Shown here: piece after piece, positions 51,901-64,000 of the stretch | How positions within the stretch are numbered: position 1 is the first letter of the stretch | Layout: each line of letters starts with the position of its first letter | Assembly (NCBI RefSeq): GCF_004010195.1 | Contig: NC_057758.1 | Location: 1,734,490-1,798,489 of the forward strand | Source: Chiloscyllium plagiosum | Taxonomy: Eukaryota | Reading direction: 5' to 3' | Length of the DNA: 64,000 bases | Made by a program: the position numbers and the translations under genes | The notes under the pieces: generated by a model | Seen by the model: only the letters and a program-made list of their open reading frames with translations | Database searches by the model: none | What the model was told of the DNA's origin: nothing

Positions 51901-54413
51901 GTACGAAACAGAGTGAGAAAAACACAGGCTGAAGTGCAAAGATATTTTAACTGGCCTGGTCTGCACAAGCATGGAGTCGAAATTTGCCAGACCTATCCCG
52001 TTTTACAGGCAATTGGAAAACCACAGGCGGTACTAAAACACGCAGCCGTAATAACTTTTCCAACATTTCAGGGATCTTTCTCTTACCAGAGTCTTAATTG
52101 ATTGTGTCTTTCCCATACTTCAAACAAAAAGTGGGAATCAGTATTTGTTAACAATGATTGAAGTACCGACAAGATTTCTAGAGGAAGTTCTATTGTGCAA
52201 TATATCAGCTAAAACGATTGTAGGGATTTACTTTTTTTTACTAGGTGCGGACTACTAAGAGCGATGCAGTCAGATCAAGAGTCCAACTTCACATCACAAC
52301 TATTCAAAGACATTATGGACAGACTAGTACTAAAACAATTCAGATCTACTGCCTACTATCCACAATCACAGGAAGTGCAAGGAAGATCGCATCAAACACG
52401 AAAAACAATGTTGGGGTCTTATAGGCAGGATTATCTAGATGATTGGGATAAAGGAATTCAGTTTATGCTGCTTGCACCAGAGATACACCAAATGGATGGA
52501 TCAAATTCAGTCAATTTCAATTAGTATTTGGTCATGACGTGAGAGGAGCATTAAAATTGATTAAGGAGAATTATTCTGATTAATTATTATTAATCAGAAT
52601 TCAGAGACTACACATTTGGGTTACATGTCAAATTAAACAGAGCTGGGAAGTTGGATAGACAGCATTTAAATGTATCGCAACCAAATTTGGTTAATAATCA
52701 GAGAGAGCAAGGGCAAATTCAGCTTTCAAAACGCAAAATGGACTGTACCAGCTTAAAATAATGCCATTTGGTATGGAAAACACTCCAGCCACATTTCGGA
52801 GGTGAACTCACAGGCTGGATTACCCAACTATTTTCCGTACATTGATGACATGGTGATTGTTAATCATTCATCGAAGGAATATTTACAACATTTGTCGAAG
52901 AAGCTAGCTCGAATTCGGAAGGCAGAAAAGGTGATACAGCTAGCTAGCAGTGAATTTGTCAAAGCCCAAGTCAACTTCCTGGGCCATGTTACTTTGAATG
53001 GACAAGTGCAAAAACGAAAGTAATTGGGGAATTTCCCACACACTGAAAAAACGAGCTGTATTTTAGTTCCTGTGATTGAGTGGATTGCGATGAAGGTTTG
53101 CACCAAATTTCAACAGTTTGGCAGCTCCACCCACTTAATTATGAAACAAAGGCAAGAAGTTTCAGTGGACAGCGGAGGGTCAGAATGTGTTCGTAGTCTG
53201 AAGACTGTATTAACCGCTGCCTCATTATTAGCCACACTTCATTTCACAAAGCCTTTCATGGTCGCTATCAATGTCTGCGAAGTTGGTGTCGCTGTTGTGG
53301 TCCTGCAGGAAAACGATGGGAAGATAGATATTTCGATAATTCTCCAAGAAATTGCATGTTCATGAGCAGAAATCTTCGATAGTTCAGTAAAAGACTTTAA
53401 GTTTGGAGTTGGCACTGCCATCTTACAGTATGTACATTACCAGTAACGCATCTGAGACAATCGCATGCACTGAGCATAACCCATTGAAATTGGTAGAGAA
53501 ATTTAAGGAGAAAAATGCCATTCTGTTTAGATGGAGCTGTTATTGCAGCTATTCATTTTGACAATGTGTATTTGGCAGGTCGAGAAAACGTGCCTGCCGA
53601 TGCTTTCCCAAGACTTGAATGAGTTTGGAGTTGTTCGGTTGTGAGTATACCAAAGAGTGAATCCGATAGCAGTTGTGCATGTTTGCAGATACATTGCTTA
53701 TGAATGTATATGTGTGTTTTAAAGTGTTTTCCAATTTTGCCATGGGGTTTTCGAAATGAAGCCAGTTTTGGATATTGATGGTTCTTCTTTCAAGGGGGGA
53801 GGTATAATAATACTGGTTCTGTTACAAGGATACCATGGCCATGATTTTTTCCGAGCGATTGTCAGACATCCCAAGCTCTGAGACGGCTGAGTTGGTGCAA
53901 AGATGGATGGTGTATTGAGGGCCTTGTTGTTTACCCTAACAGATAGTGCTTCAGAGAAAAGCTTGAAAGGTTTTTTTGAAACACTGGTATAACCAAGGGG
54001 GCGTGGCCAGCTCTCAAGCTCTGCGGTTCAGTAGAGAACTTTGGTAAGTTCAGTTCCAGCAGGAATGTGTGAAACAGGCAGAAGAATGCTATCTCCTTAA
54101 AAAAATATAAGCCTTTGTTTACTTTGACTTTTTTGTGCTAAGGGATATGCGAATTGGGACTGTTGCATGTATATGTTTGGAACAGTATAATTAAGTCGGT
54201 TGTATAAGATAAGTTGGGCAGTGTTCTGTTGTCTGTCGTTCGTGTTTCATTCCATAATTTGGGAAATAAATCTTGTTGGTTTAAAACCTGGCAGACAATC
54301 CAAGTAATTTACACCAGGCATACCCAATATACACCTACCTAAATAAGTAACAAAGTTACCTTCCGGGCTACCTGTTTAAAAATATATTGAGGGGTCCGGC
54401 CTAGTCCATAATA
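51901..54413 (+). mobile_element. Gmr1-type remnant, copy 2 (IN-RT-RH, PPT, 3' LTR about 53803-54413)
   Basis: RKTQAEVQRYFNWPGLH, QSDQESNF..YYPQSQ, YIDDM and RNase H; PPT aaggggggagg at 53792-53802; AATAAA at 54265. Confidence 0.85.
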
Positions 54414-55622
54414 GAATCTCACCCAAACTCTCTGAATTCATACATACCTTTCCTCATTTGTCGTTGAGTGGACCAATCCTTTCTCTGGTTGCCTCTTGCT
54501 CTTTATATATTGAGTCATAGAGGCATAGAGATGTAGAGCGTGGAAACAGACCCTTCGGTCCAACATCGTCCATGCCATACAGATATCGCAACCTAATCCA
54601 TTGCCACTTGCCAGCACTTAGCCCATATGCCTCATAACCCTTCCTACATATATTCACATCCAGAGACTTGACAAGTATTGCAATTGTCCCAGCCTCGACC
54701 ACTTCTTCGGCCAGATCATTCCATATAAGCACCACCCTCTGCGTGAAATAGTTGACCCTTAGGTCCCTTTTACGTGCTTTCCCCTCTCATTCGAAACCTA
54801 TGTCCTCATGTTCTGGACTCCCCACCCCCCCGGGAAAAGACTTTGTTATCTATCTTATGCATTACCCTCATGATTTTATAAACTTTTATAAGATCACCCT
54901 TCACTTCCGATTGTTCAGGGAAAACAGCCCCAGCCTATTCAGCCTCTCGCTACAGCTTAAATCCTCCAACCTTGGCAACTTCCCCTGTAAATCTTTTGTG
55001 AATCCGTTCAATTTTACAACTAATGCTTTTAGAACTTTCCTTAATCCAGTTTGCTAAAGATACCTCATGACCCATTTTGGCCGTCTTAATCCCTCCTTTC
55101 AGGTTGGTCCTACATTTTCAATATTCTTCCAAAACTTCGTCTGACGTCAGAGGCCTAGACCTTACGTATGTTTCATTTTTCCTCTTAGCTAGTCTCACAG
55201 TTTCACCTGTCATCCATTATCCCGTATTTAACATTTCTATTCCTCCTTATGACAGAATCATGCCATTCCTGAACCCTAATCAAAATCTATTTAGAAGTCT
55301 TACACACATTCAATGTGGATTTACCCTCAAACTGCTGTTCCTAATCTACATTCCACAGGTCCTGCCGAATTTTTCAAAAGTTGGCCTTCCCACCATTTAG
55401 CACTCTTCCTTCAGCACCACTCTCGTCTTTGTCCATAACTACTCTAAACCTTACAGAATTGTGATCACTATTCTTAAAGTAATCCACAACTGAATTTTAG
55501 AACACCTTTCGCGAGCTGGGCTATTGAAATACTGCTCTAAAACGCTTCTGGATGTTCTGTACAAATTCTGCTTCGTCTAGAAATTTACGTTATGTACATT
55601 TTGGAGAAATGTAAATCTCCTA
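54414..55622 (-). mobile_element. CR1 fragments, with a second CR1 3' end nested at about 54511-55020
   Basis: WNDLAEEVVEAGT..GPKGLF 3' motifs inside a tether/endonuclease fragment. Confidence 0.8.
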
Positions 55623-58561
55623 TCACCACCACCTTGGGTGTGGGTGGGACATTTGGTCAGATGGGGATAGATGAACATAAGTAGAGGGTACAACCTGATT
55701 GGCCCTGGAATCCAGTAGAATTGAAAATACTCGCTCCTCCACTTCCACATCCATCATTGGGTTTTCGGTCGGGGAGTGGGAGAGGCGTATTGATAACAAG
55801 ATCTCTAGTGAGACTCCATGCACGGGTCTACAGAGTGGTGTAAGCATCCTGTTGAGGCTATTTCTGCGGGGAGTGGGGAAAGGTGGAACTGTCCAGGTGG
55901 CCCCGCCTGGGACGTGTCCTGCAGTCCCTAGCCCAATGCCCTGGTTTGCCACAGGTCCAGCACAGTTCCTTCTGGCGACCCAAGTGCCATGTGCTGGCCT
56001 GGTATCGTCCCTCCTGTAGTCAGGTTGTGCTAAACGGGAAATGCCCTCACCTGTTTAGGTACTGTGAACAATTGATTTCTGTCTAATTGTTCAGTGAAGG
56101 CAACGTGTATGTACCTCTGGTCTGTCGTCTGACAAGTTAAGTTTTGAGATTTGTTAACATGAGGTCGTGTGGGCAGCAGGCAATTGATAAGCGTCTGGAC
56201 AGTAAGTTTTTCATTTTCGTGTCATGGAATGCCCACTGAGGACTCCCAGACCTCTGTAAAACTGGCTATAAATGCTGTTAGAAGCTCATCTGCATTCTGC
56301 AGACACTGGGTTACGGCACCAAATTCTGCGTGCTGCTGAGCAACATTTTTGATTGGTTTCCTAACTGTATTCTTGAGCCAGTTCATGCGGGTTGCTGGTA
56401 TGCCCTGGGGTTGGCTGAGGAATTCTATTTCAGGGTGCCCAATCACCTGGTGGGTGTCGTATGCGAGTTGCAAAAGGGTTTCAAGTCTTGGGGAAGACAA
56501 TTGTAAATGGGGAAATTTTGGAGAAGCCAATTAAAGATTGGGAGTGGGCACTTTATGGCGTCTGGGGACTCCTGCAGCATGGCCAGTACCTCTGCATCGG
56601 TTCAGGGATTCGGGGGCAGTAGTGGATGTTTCGGGTGTAGGGTGGCAGCGCTGCGATTGGGTTTGTAGGCAGCCTATTGGTGTGGGGCTTTGGTGGCCCT
56701 CATTTGTCTTAGGAGTCTAATGCTTTTAGCAACCTTTCTAAACTTGGCAAGGTATTGGAGCATATAGGAGACGTTCCAGGCGGAGTCTTCATTCCGTCCC
56801 ATAATTATGGCGGTCCAATAGTCAGTTTTCTCAATTTTGAAGGACCCACCCACATGGCCAATTCGCTTGAGACAAAGTCTACAGTTCCCCTGTAAACCGG
56901 AAGACATAATGGCTGGCCCGATGTCTCCACCAGAAAAGTGTCTGCTGGTGACCCAGGATTAACAAGAGGGTGTCCTACCTTATTCTAGAAGGTCAAGTAA
57001 TTAATGTGGTTCATGAGTGTTTTCTTTGTCCGGATCAGTTGCTCTGGGCCATTATTACCAGTGGCCTGGGATCGCAGAGCTACCACGGCTGGCATGCCTT
57101 GACATTGAGTGGAATTCCGTGCCCGCATGTCTTGCAAGAGCGCCTGGGTCGTATTCTGCTTGCTGGACCAGTTTTCAATGAATCTGATGCAGTCTTTTCG
57201 AGAGAGTGAGCGGAGGCTGTTTACACAGCCACTTAAAGTGCAGTCAGTCGGAAGTAATGAATTACCTCCAATTGTAAACAAAACCTAACTACAGGAATGC
57301 TAACAAACACATAAGTGCGGTCAAGCGGAACTAATAGTGAACCATAAATTAAATATTACCCGACCTTGAAGAAGCTACTAACAAGCACTGAGCAAACGAA
57401 CACTTTGAAACTTACAAGACAGCACATAAACAGAGAATGGACAGACGGGGCACAGCTGGTTACAGAACGGGAAGCACACAGGCAGAATACCTGCCAGCGC
57501 TGTAAGTTCTCACCAATCTCTGGAGCTGTAATGGCTGTTAATTTAATAGTCGATTTTTACTAGTATTTTGCGGTGTCCTTCCCGCTGGACCGGTCTTTCA
57601 TCTGGCATAATTAGGTACCAAGTACAAACTCTGGTTCAAGTCGGAGCACACAAATGTCAAATTGGTTACAATTTGGATAAAACAATTCGGGAGCGTACCA
57701 GCCCCCTCACAGAAGAAAACACCTCAGTGCCGAAATGCTGTAGGACTCAGATTGGAATTGTGGCTACCCTCCATCTGTTGACCAGCCTGTTCAGCAGCTC
57801 GGGAGCTCTACCACGCTTGAAGCCGATCTCGCCGACCAGGCCCGAATTGGATTAAATTTAAACCACGTTCGCCATCCTGAAATAAGATAGCAAAAATAGG
57901 GCTGCCGACTATACGCCAAACACTCAGAGAATTTAGCCCACTTGATCAGAGATCATAAACACACAGATTGGACAGAAAACTGACAAGGATTTATTTAACA
58001 AACAACGCTGTCATGGAAGAGACTTGACTACACTGAAACAGGCTGTTCAGAAGTAACCACAACATCTTCCTCGAAAAAAGAATGCAGTGGCGTTTTATAC
58101 TCTTACAACAATGAAGTCATGAGACAACGGTGTGAGATGTACAAGAAAGAAAAATAAAGTTCATTCATTGAAAAGATTCAAGTGCCCGGTGTCTCACATT
58201 GAGTTTCTTAATCAATGTGAAAATATTGTTGAGGTGCCTCCTTGTCCAGATACCGTTTGTGATGGCTTGGCTCCTAGTGGCAGCAGCTGTGCCCTAAGGA
58301 CATCACACGTGGCTGGACTATGGTGGAGTGGGAGGCTCATTGCCAGTCAATCTGAAGAAGTATATTCTCTTGATCTGCGGCTGAATAAGTCATGTCTTGC
58401 TGTATGTGTGATTTCTGTGGTGGCTGGTTTGGCCAATTAAAGGCATTGTGGGTTGGCTCAGTGGTTAACTGAAGACATTTCTATGGTCTGTTTTGTGGCC
58501 ATGTCATGGGGAGGCCGGGACCTGCACTTTCTCCCAAAATGAGGCTTTAATTTTCACAACA
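55623..58561 (-). mobile_element. Truncated endogenous retrovirus: 5' LTR, PBS, gag, partial protease
   Basis: LTR about 58561-57921 starts TGTTG, with TATAAAA (58099-58093) and AATAAA (57995-57990). PBS at 57918-57902. Gag has an MHR-like QCLQNADELLTAFIASFTEVW and a perfect CWTCGKPGHWARDC knuckle (55962-55921). Protease ILLDSRA at about 55721-55701. Confidence 0.85.
57902..57918 (-). promoter_or_regulatory. Primer-binding site, tRNA-Ser-like
   Basis: Minus strand TGGCGTATAGTCGGCAG versus the tRNA-Ser complement TGGCGTAGTCGGCAG (recalled sequence), differing by a 2-nt insertion; lies immediately 3' of the LTR. Confidence 0.7.
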
Positions 58562-58579
58562 TTGACTGGTTTTTACTTA

Positions 58580-59230
58580 TTTTTTGAGACCTAGGTGGAG
58601 CACAATTTGTAGGCGTATCCAGGAGGGTATTCCAGAGCAGTATATCAATAGTCCAACCCAGGAAGAGACGATAATGGACCTCGTGTTGGAGAATAAACCC
58701 GGTCAGATGGTTGACGCTTCATTCGGGGATTACTTTCGGAAGTCATCACAATTCCAAGTTTTAGAATACTCATGGACAAATACTATGCCTAAAATGTGAG
58801 ACTAGGTAAGAGGAAAAAGAAGAGGCAAAAAAATGAGGTCTTGGCAACTGCAGATAGAGGAATCTTTGAAAGAATATTGGAGAGGTAGGTACAATCTGAA
58901 AAGAGAAATATCGTGGCTAAAAGGGTTGATGATATAGATGTGGCAAACAGGGTTAAGGAAAACCCAAAGCCTTTTATTCATGTAGAATAAGGAAGAGAAA
59001 ATCAGGGTACGGGTTGCACCGCTCGAAGACAAAGGAGGCAAGTTCCGCGTGGAGTCAGAGAAAATGGGTCGGATTCTTAACTAGTACTTTGCCTTAGAAT
59101 TCACCGAGGAGAGGGAATGACGGATATTGAGGTTAAGGATAGGAGTTTGATTACGCTAAGTAAAGTCGGCATAAGGTTGGACGAAGTGTTGGATATTCTA
59201 AAAGACGTTAACGTGGACAAGGCGCAGATC
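58580..59230 (+). mobile_element. CR1 endonuclease/tether fragment
   Basis: QYINSPTQEETIMDLVLENKPGQ and VKENPKPF-like motifs. Confidence 0.8.
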
Positions 59231-59746
59231 GGTATGGAAGTTCACCAATGTCCCGTGAATCAATTCAAAAACAACTTAAATCAGCTGAGTTGCAGAGGAA
59301 AGGTTAAATCGATGAGATCGAGGCTGCGTTTGACTGAACGTGGCATCAATCAGCGCCACGTGAAAGAGAATCGTTGGGAGTTGAGGAGATAGGCTGATGG
59401 ATAAAAAATCCTCTGCTAGGGTTGTACCTGGTGCAAATGGAAGACAGATGTCTGAAACCAGTCATCTCAGCTCCAGGGGATCTCTGCAATAATTATTCAG
59501 GGAAGTCCCCCGATACAAGCCATATTCATATGCTTCGTTGATAACTTTCCCCGCATAATGGGATAGAGGATGATAGTAGTATATAAAATTATAAGTTTGA
59601 AGATTTAAATCTGTTTTCCAGTTTGGAAATATAAAATTCTGATGGGAGGGGGAGGGGTGGGTTGGTGGTCGCGGTGGCATAATTTTAAAGGTGAGAAACA
59701 GAAGCTTAATGGTTACGTGCGAGGCGAGTTCTCGAATCAGTGGGAG

Positions 59747-60323
59747 GGGTGTAGGACCTTTCGGCGCAGCCACTTTGGAGCGAGCGATTCAACGCGGCCG
59801 GTTTGGCGCAGCACGTTTTGGCACAGACCCATTTAGGTGCGGAACTGTTTCAACGCAGCTCAAATTTATTCCTTTTCAGGCTTAGTTGCAAGCATTAATG
59901 AAAGTAATAAAAATAAAAATAATGTTTATCTTCTTCAGTAAAAATGTTTTAAAGGAAAGTAAAAATGAAAGAAATAAGGTAAATACGAAAAATCTGAAAT
60001 ATGACATTTATACAAAATTATGGGTAATCCCTCGTAAATACTCAATGTCATTTCTCTCACTAAATCTTCTTACAAGTATCTGTATTCTAGCGTCTGCTTT
60101 CCTGAATTTCTTCAATTTCAATGGAATATCATTCGAATGGGTTATATTTTATTTTAATAATAGCGACAAAGTACTGAATAACTACAAACCACTGAATAAC
60201 TACAAAACAATTCTGCACCGAAATGGTTCGCGGCAAACCGGCCGCGCCATTTCGCTCACGCCTAAATGGGTCTGTGCCAAAATGGACTGCGCCAAATCGG
60301 CTGTGCCGAATGGTCCCACTGTG
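59747..60323. mobile_element. Non-autonomous DNA transposon (MULE/foldback-like MITE) inserted in a CR1 3' end
   Basis: About 110-bp GC-rich imperfect inverted arms built from about 15-bp modules, an AT-rich non-coding core, and direct repeat CAGTGGGAG at 59738-59746 and 60324-60332. Confidence 0.85.
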
Positions 60324-60534
60324 CAGTGGGAGGCACGTGCCGGGAACTGACTGCTCGTGGAAGTGGTCTAAGCAGATGCAAGAGCAATGTTTGATATTTA
60401 GAGCAACAGATGAACAAGCAGCGAACAGAGGGATTTGGAACATGTGCATCCCCATGAATGTTTAGTTTGGTAGAATGGTTGTCACAGACATGGTCGACTG
60501 AAAAGCCTGATTTTGTATCGTGCTGTTTATCATG

Positions 60535-61430
60535 TCATCAGTGAGGATGTTCGCTGATGAATACACAACACTGTAAGTGGCTGTAAATGTTCAGGCTTGG
60601 AATATTAAGTTGACAGGTTGGAGGCTGGAAGTACACAGCAAGCTAGGCAGTATTAGATGGTGCTGAAGTCGATGTTTCACGTGCAAACCTTCGTCAGGTC
60701 CTGTTCTTCCAGTCCTCTGCCTGTCTATTTTGGATTCCAGCACCTGCAGTGTTTATGTTTGTGTCTACCCTTGGAACAATAAGTGGCAAGTTTCATTCGT
60801 TCCATGCAAATACCAAGCAATGACTATCTCCAAGTATATCTAGCAACTACTCCTTGATTTTCAAAGGCAGTATCATAACTGACTTCCTAAACATGAACTT
60901 CCTGAGATTCCCTTGAAAAGAATCTCATTGGGACTCACCATAAAAATGCAACACAGGTCAGAAGCTAGGAATACGGCAAGTGAAAACACAACTTCTGGAT
61001 CATTAATACTGTTGAACATCGACAGATAGAAGTCAAAAATGTGATGAAATACGACCACCTTGCGTGAATGATTGCAGCTCCAACAATAGACAAGGAACCT
61101 AGAATTGTTTAGAAACACGCAGCCTGATTGAATGGAATTACATCGATAAACATCCATTGTCTCCACCACTGATGATGACAAGACGTACTGCAGACATTCG
61201 CCAAATTAGCCAACATCTTCCAGACCGAGGAAGTTCACCTGGAAAGACAAAGGCGGAGTATATATGAGGTCACCAGTCTGTACAATTTCTCATTGTCATC
61301 CTAACTTGGAAATCTTTGGACGTTTTTTCAACTGTAGGTATTTCATAATTCTGGGAGCTCTCACACCATCAAGCTCTATCGTCCAATGTGAGCTTTATTG
61401 CCTTGGTCTGCATTGATTCAAGCAGTTATT
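60535..61430 (+). mobile_element. Old LINE RT/3' fragment with a short Penelope terminal insertion (about 60615-60760)
   Basis: gtgaggatgttcgctgatga (MFADD-like) and aagtggcaagtttcattc (KWQVSF); the inserted piece carries inverted pseudo-LTR fragments. Confidence 0.6.
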
Positions 61431-63012
61431 TCAGAACCACCTTTTGGGCACATGCAGTGACATATACATTCCAAGTCTGAATGAAAAAAAATTGAACAAC
61501 AACTGCTCATGAACGTAATGATGAACAACCGTCTTGAATTTTCACAATGCTTTTTGGTAAGTCACGTAATGGTGAACCACCATCTTGAATCTCCACAGTG
61601 TTTTTGTTTGGTAAGCACTCTGAAAGACCTTTTAGTAAGATAGTCCGATATTCATAGACATTTGTGGTCATAAAGTTGGCAAGAAACTCACAGTGTTTTT
61701 ATTCCACGTTATTTCTGCCCTAATGTCTCGAAGTCGTGATGATGACAAGTTAAGAAAACTTTACTAAGGGACACTTGCTCAGAGCATTTTCTGAACATTT
61801 CTCTCTCTGTCAAACCTGCTCAGAACTTTGAATGTATCTATTAGAAATATTACGGACAGTGAATGTCCCTCAGCCGTGGTACTGTCCCCTGTGTTCTGCA
61901 TCATGGTTTAACTTCTATTTCAATCCCAAGATTTCAAAATATGCTGTAACGAGTGAAAGAGTATGATGGTGGAAAAGCAAAGCCGATCAGTTAGCATCCA
62001 AGGAGCAGGAGAGTCTATGTTTCGAGCATAACCTCTTCTCATTGATGAAGCGGAAGGCATGGTTGGTGTCCCGGAGTATGAGTGCAGGTTCTGCTCCAAG
62101 AGGGACAGGGCACTGTCAAGGTATGCAATAAGCAGTTCGTTGGGGCTGGAGGAGGCTGAGACAATAAGGTCGATATGAACAGTCAGGTTTGTGAAGTTTG
62201 GGTCAGGGGTAGAACCAGGTGGTACAGTTTTCCCGGATATGAGGCGGGAGGCTGATGGTGGGAGAAACCCTGAGGAATCAGCAGAAACGGGGGAGGTCCA
62301 CTTGTAGTTTGGTACACCGAACTCAACACCACTGAAGCCAGGCGCCTACTCACAGATGACTCTTCCTATTACCCCCTCGACCACGACCTCAACTCTGATC
62401 ACGAAACCATGATTTCCCAAGCCATCCACAACCTCATCACCTCAAAAATCCCCTCATGGGTTCTTGCTATGTCTGCCTCTTCGCTGGGACTTGCGTGAGA
62501 TTTATCAGTAATTCCACACACGTCATCTACTTTATCTTCTCTAAATTCGGGAGATAGAACCCCAAATTGCAGAACTTTTCAGACATCATCTCTGGAACAC
62601 ATGCACCAAACAACCCCACCTATCTATCGCCGAACAATTTAGCCACCCTCACCGAATCCGCCAAGGGCATGCAGTCCTCGGCCTCCTCAATCACAAAGCT
62701 CTAGCCACCCGACGCCTGGACGAAGAACGCTTGATCTTCAATATCGGGATCCTCTAACTACGCGTGACCAATATGGATGCTATCAGTTTCCTCATTTCCT
62801 CTCCGCCCACCTTATCCCAGAAGCAACCATCCAAGTTGGAACCACTCTCTTACCTGTCCATCTTCTTTCCCACCTATTCACCCCACAGCTTCCATACCCT
62901 ATCACGTACTCAGCACCTTCATCTACTTTTAGCATTCCCAGCTACCTTCCACCAGGACCACCCTCCTGCTATTTATCTTTCGGACCTCTTGGGACTTTCC
63001 CACATTCCTGAT

Positions 63013-63895
63013 AGAACATAGAACAATACAGCACAGAATAGGCCCTTCGGCCCATGATGATGTGCCGACCATTTGTCCTGGCTTAAGCACCTATCCATGT
63101 ACCTATCCAATTGCAGCTTAAAGGTCAACAATGGTTCTGACTCTGCCACTCCCACAGGCAGCTCATTCCATGCCCCCACCACTCTCTGGGTAAAGAACCT
63201 ACCCCTGACATCCCCCTATACCTTCCACCCTTCACCTTAACTTTATGTCCCCTTGTAACACTCTGTTGTACCTGGGGAAAAACTCTCTTACTGTCTACTC
63301 TATCTATTCCCCTGATCATCTTATAAACCTCTATGAAGTCACCCCTCATCCTTCGCCGTTCCAACGAGAAAACGCCTAGCACTCACAACCTATCCTCGTA
63401 CGACCTATTCTCCATTCCAGGCAACATCCTGGTACATCTCCTCTGCACCCTCTCCAAAGCTTCCACATCTTTCCTAAAATGAGGCGACCAGAACTGCACA
63501 CAGTACTTCAAATGTGGCCTTACCAAGGTCCTATTCAGCGGCAACATCACCTCACGACTCTTGAATTCAATCCCTCTGCTAATGAACGCTAATACACTAT
63601 AGGCCTTCTTACATGATCTATTCACTTGAGTGGCAACTTTCATAGATCTATGAACATAGACTCCAAGATCCCTGTGTTCCTCCACCTTACTAAGAACCCT
63701 ACCGTTAACCCTGTATTCAGCACTCTTATTTGTCCTTCCAAAATGGACAACCTCACACTTGACAGGGTTGAACTCCATCTGCCACTCCTCAGCCCAGCTT
63801 TGCATCATATCTAAGTCCCTTTGCAGCCGACAACAGCCCTTCTCACTATCCACAACTCCACTAATCTTCGTATCGTCTGCAGATTTACTGACCCA
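63013..63895 (-). mobile_element. Young 5'-truncated CR1 LINE
   Basis: WVSKSADDTK..WQMEFNPVKCEVVHFG..VRPHLKYCVQFWSP; agaacatagaac tail; same subfamily as 8899-9760; flanked by CTGAT direct repeats. Confidence 0.95.
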
Positions 63896-63897
63896 TA

Positions 63898-63928
63898 CTG
63901 ATGAAGCGCTTATGCTCGAAACGTCAAC
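63898..63928 (+). ncRNA. Minimal hammerhead ribozyme motif of a Penelope pseudo-LTR
   Basis: CTGATGA-agcgcttatgctc-GAAAC-GTC: core boxes, short stem II and palindromic ACGT stem III; stem I disrupted by the CR1 insertion. Confidence 0.55.
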
Positions 63929-64000
63929 TCTCCTGTTCCTATCTGACCAGCTGCGCGTTTCCAGCACTACATTTTTTGGCTCTGATCTCCTGCATCTGCT

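Larger units (their letters stand above)
61950..64000 (+). mobile_element. Penelope-like element with inverted pseudo-LTR at left, split by a CR1 insertion
   Basis: Reverse pLTR about 61955-62040; GIY-YIG 3' remnant (RRLDEERLIFNIG about 62710-62750); forward pLTR resumes at 63898. Confidence 0.8.

Noticed and set aside
59750..59870. Short GC-rich repeats as a CRISPR-like array
   Set aside because: No unique spacers, eukaryotic context, and the repeats are mirrored as TIR modules.
59886..60350. 154-aa ORF as a possible transposase
   Set aside because: Low-complexity AT-rich translation with no DDE or zinc-finger motif; lies in the MITE core.

Overview
Repeat-dense eukaryotic genomic DNA, very probably from a cartilaginous fish (shark/ray), judged from HE1-type V-SINEs and CR1 LINEs of the type associated with them. 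It has three assembly gaps (9226-9331, 10410-10909, 21627-22461). The only clearly intact host gene is a two-exon class A GPCR of the GPR139/GPR142-like type (exon 1 28313-28541, exon 2 36336-37234, 375 aa, matching phase-1 GT-AG intron) with a repeat-built N-terminus. Most of the rest is decayed mobile DNA: many CR1 LINEs (two near full length), HE1-like SINEs, Penelope-like elements with minimal hammerhead motifs, two tandem Gmr1-type LTR retrotransposon remnants (integrase before RT), a truncated endogenous retrovirus (LTR, tRNA-Ser-like PBS, gag, pro) and a MULE/foldback-like MITE with modular TIRs and a 9-bp TSD. Several non-repeat islands resemble decayed immunoglobulin-superfamily exons, but these calls are tentative. 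All assignments come from manual reading and motif recognition; no searches were run, and most element boundaries are approximate.
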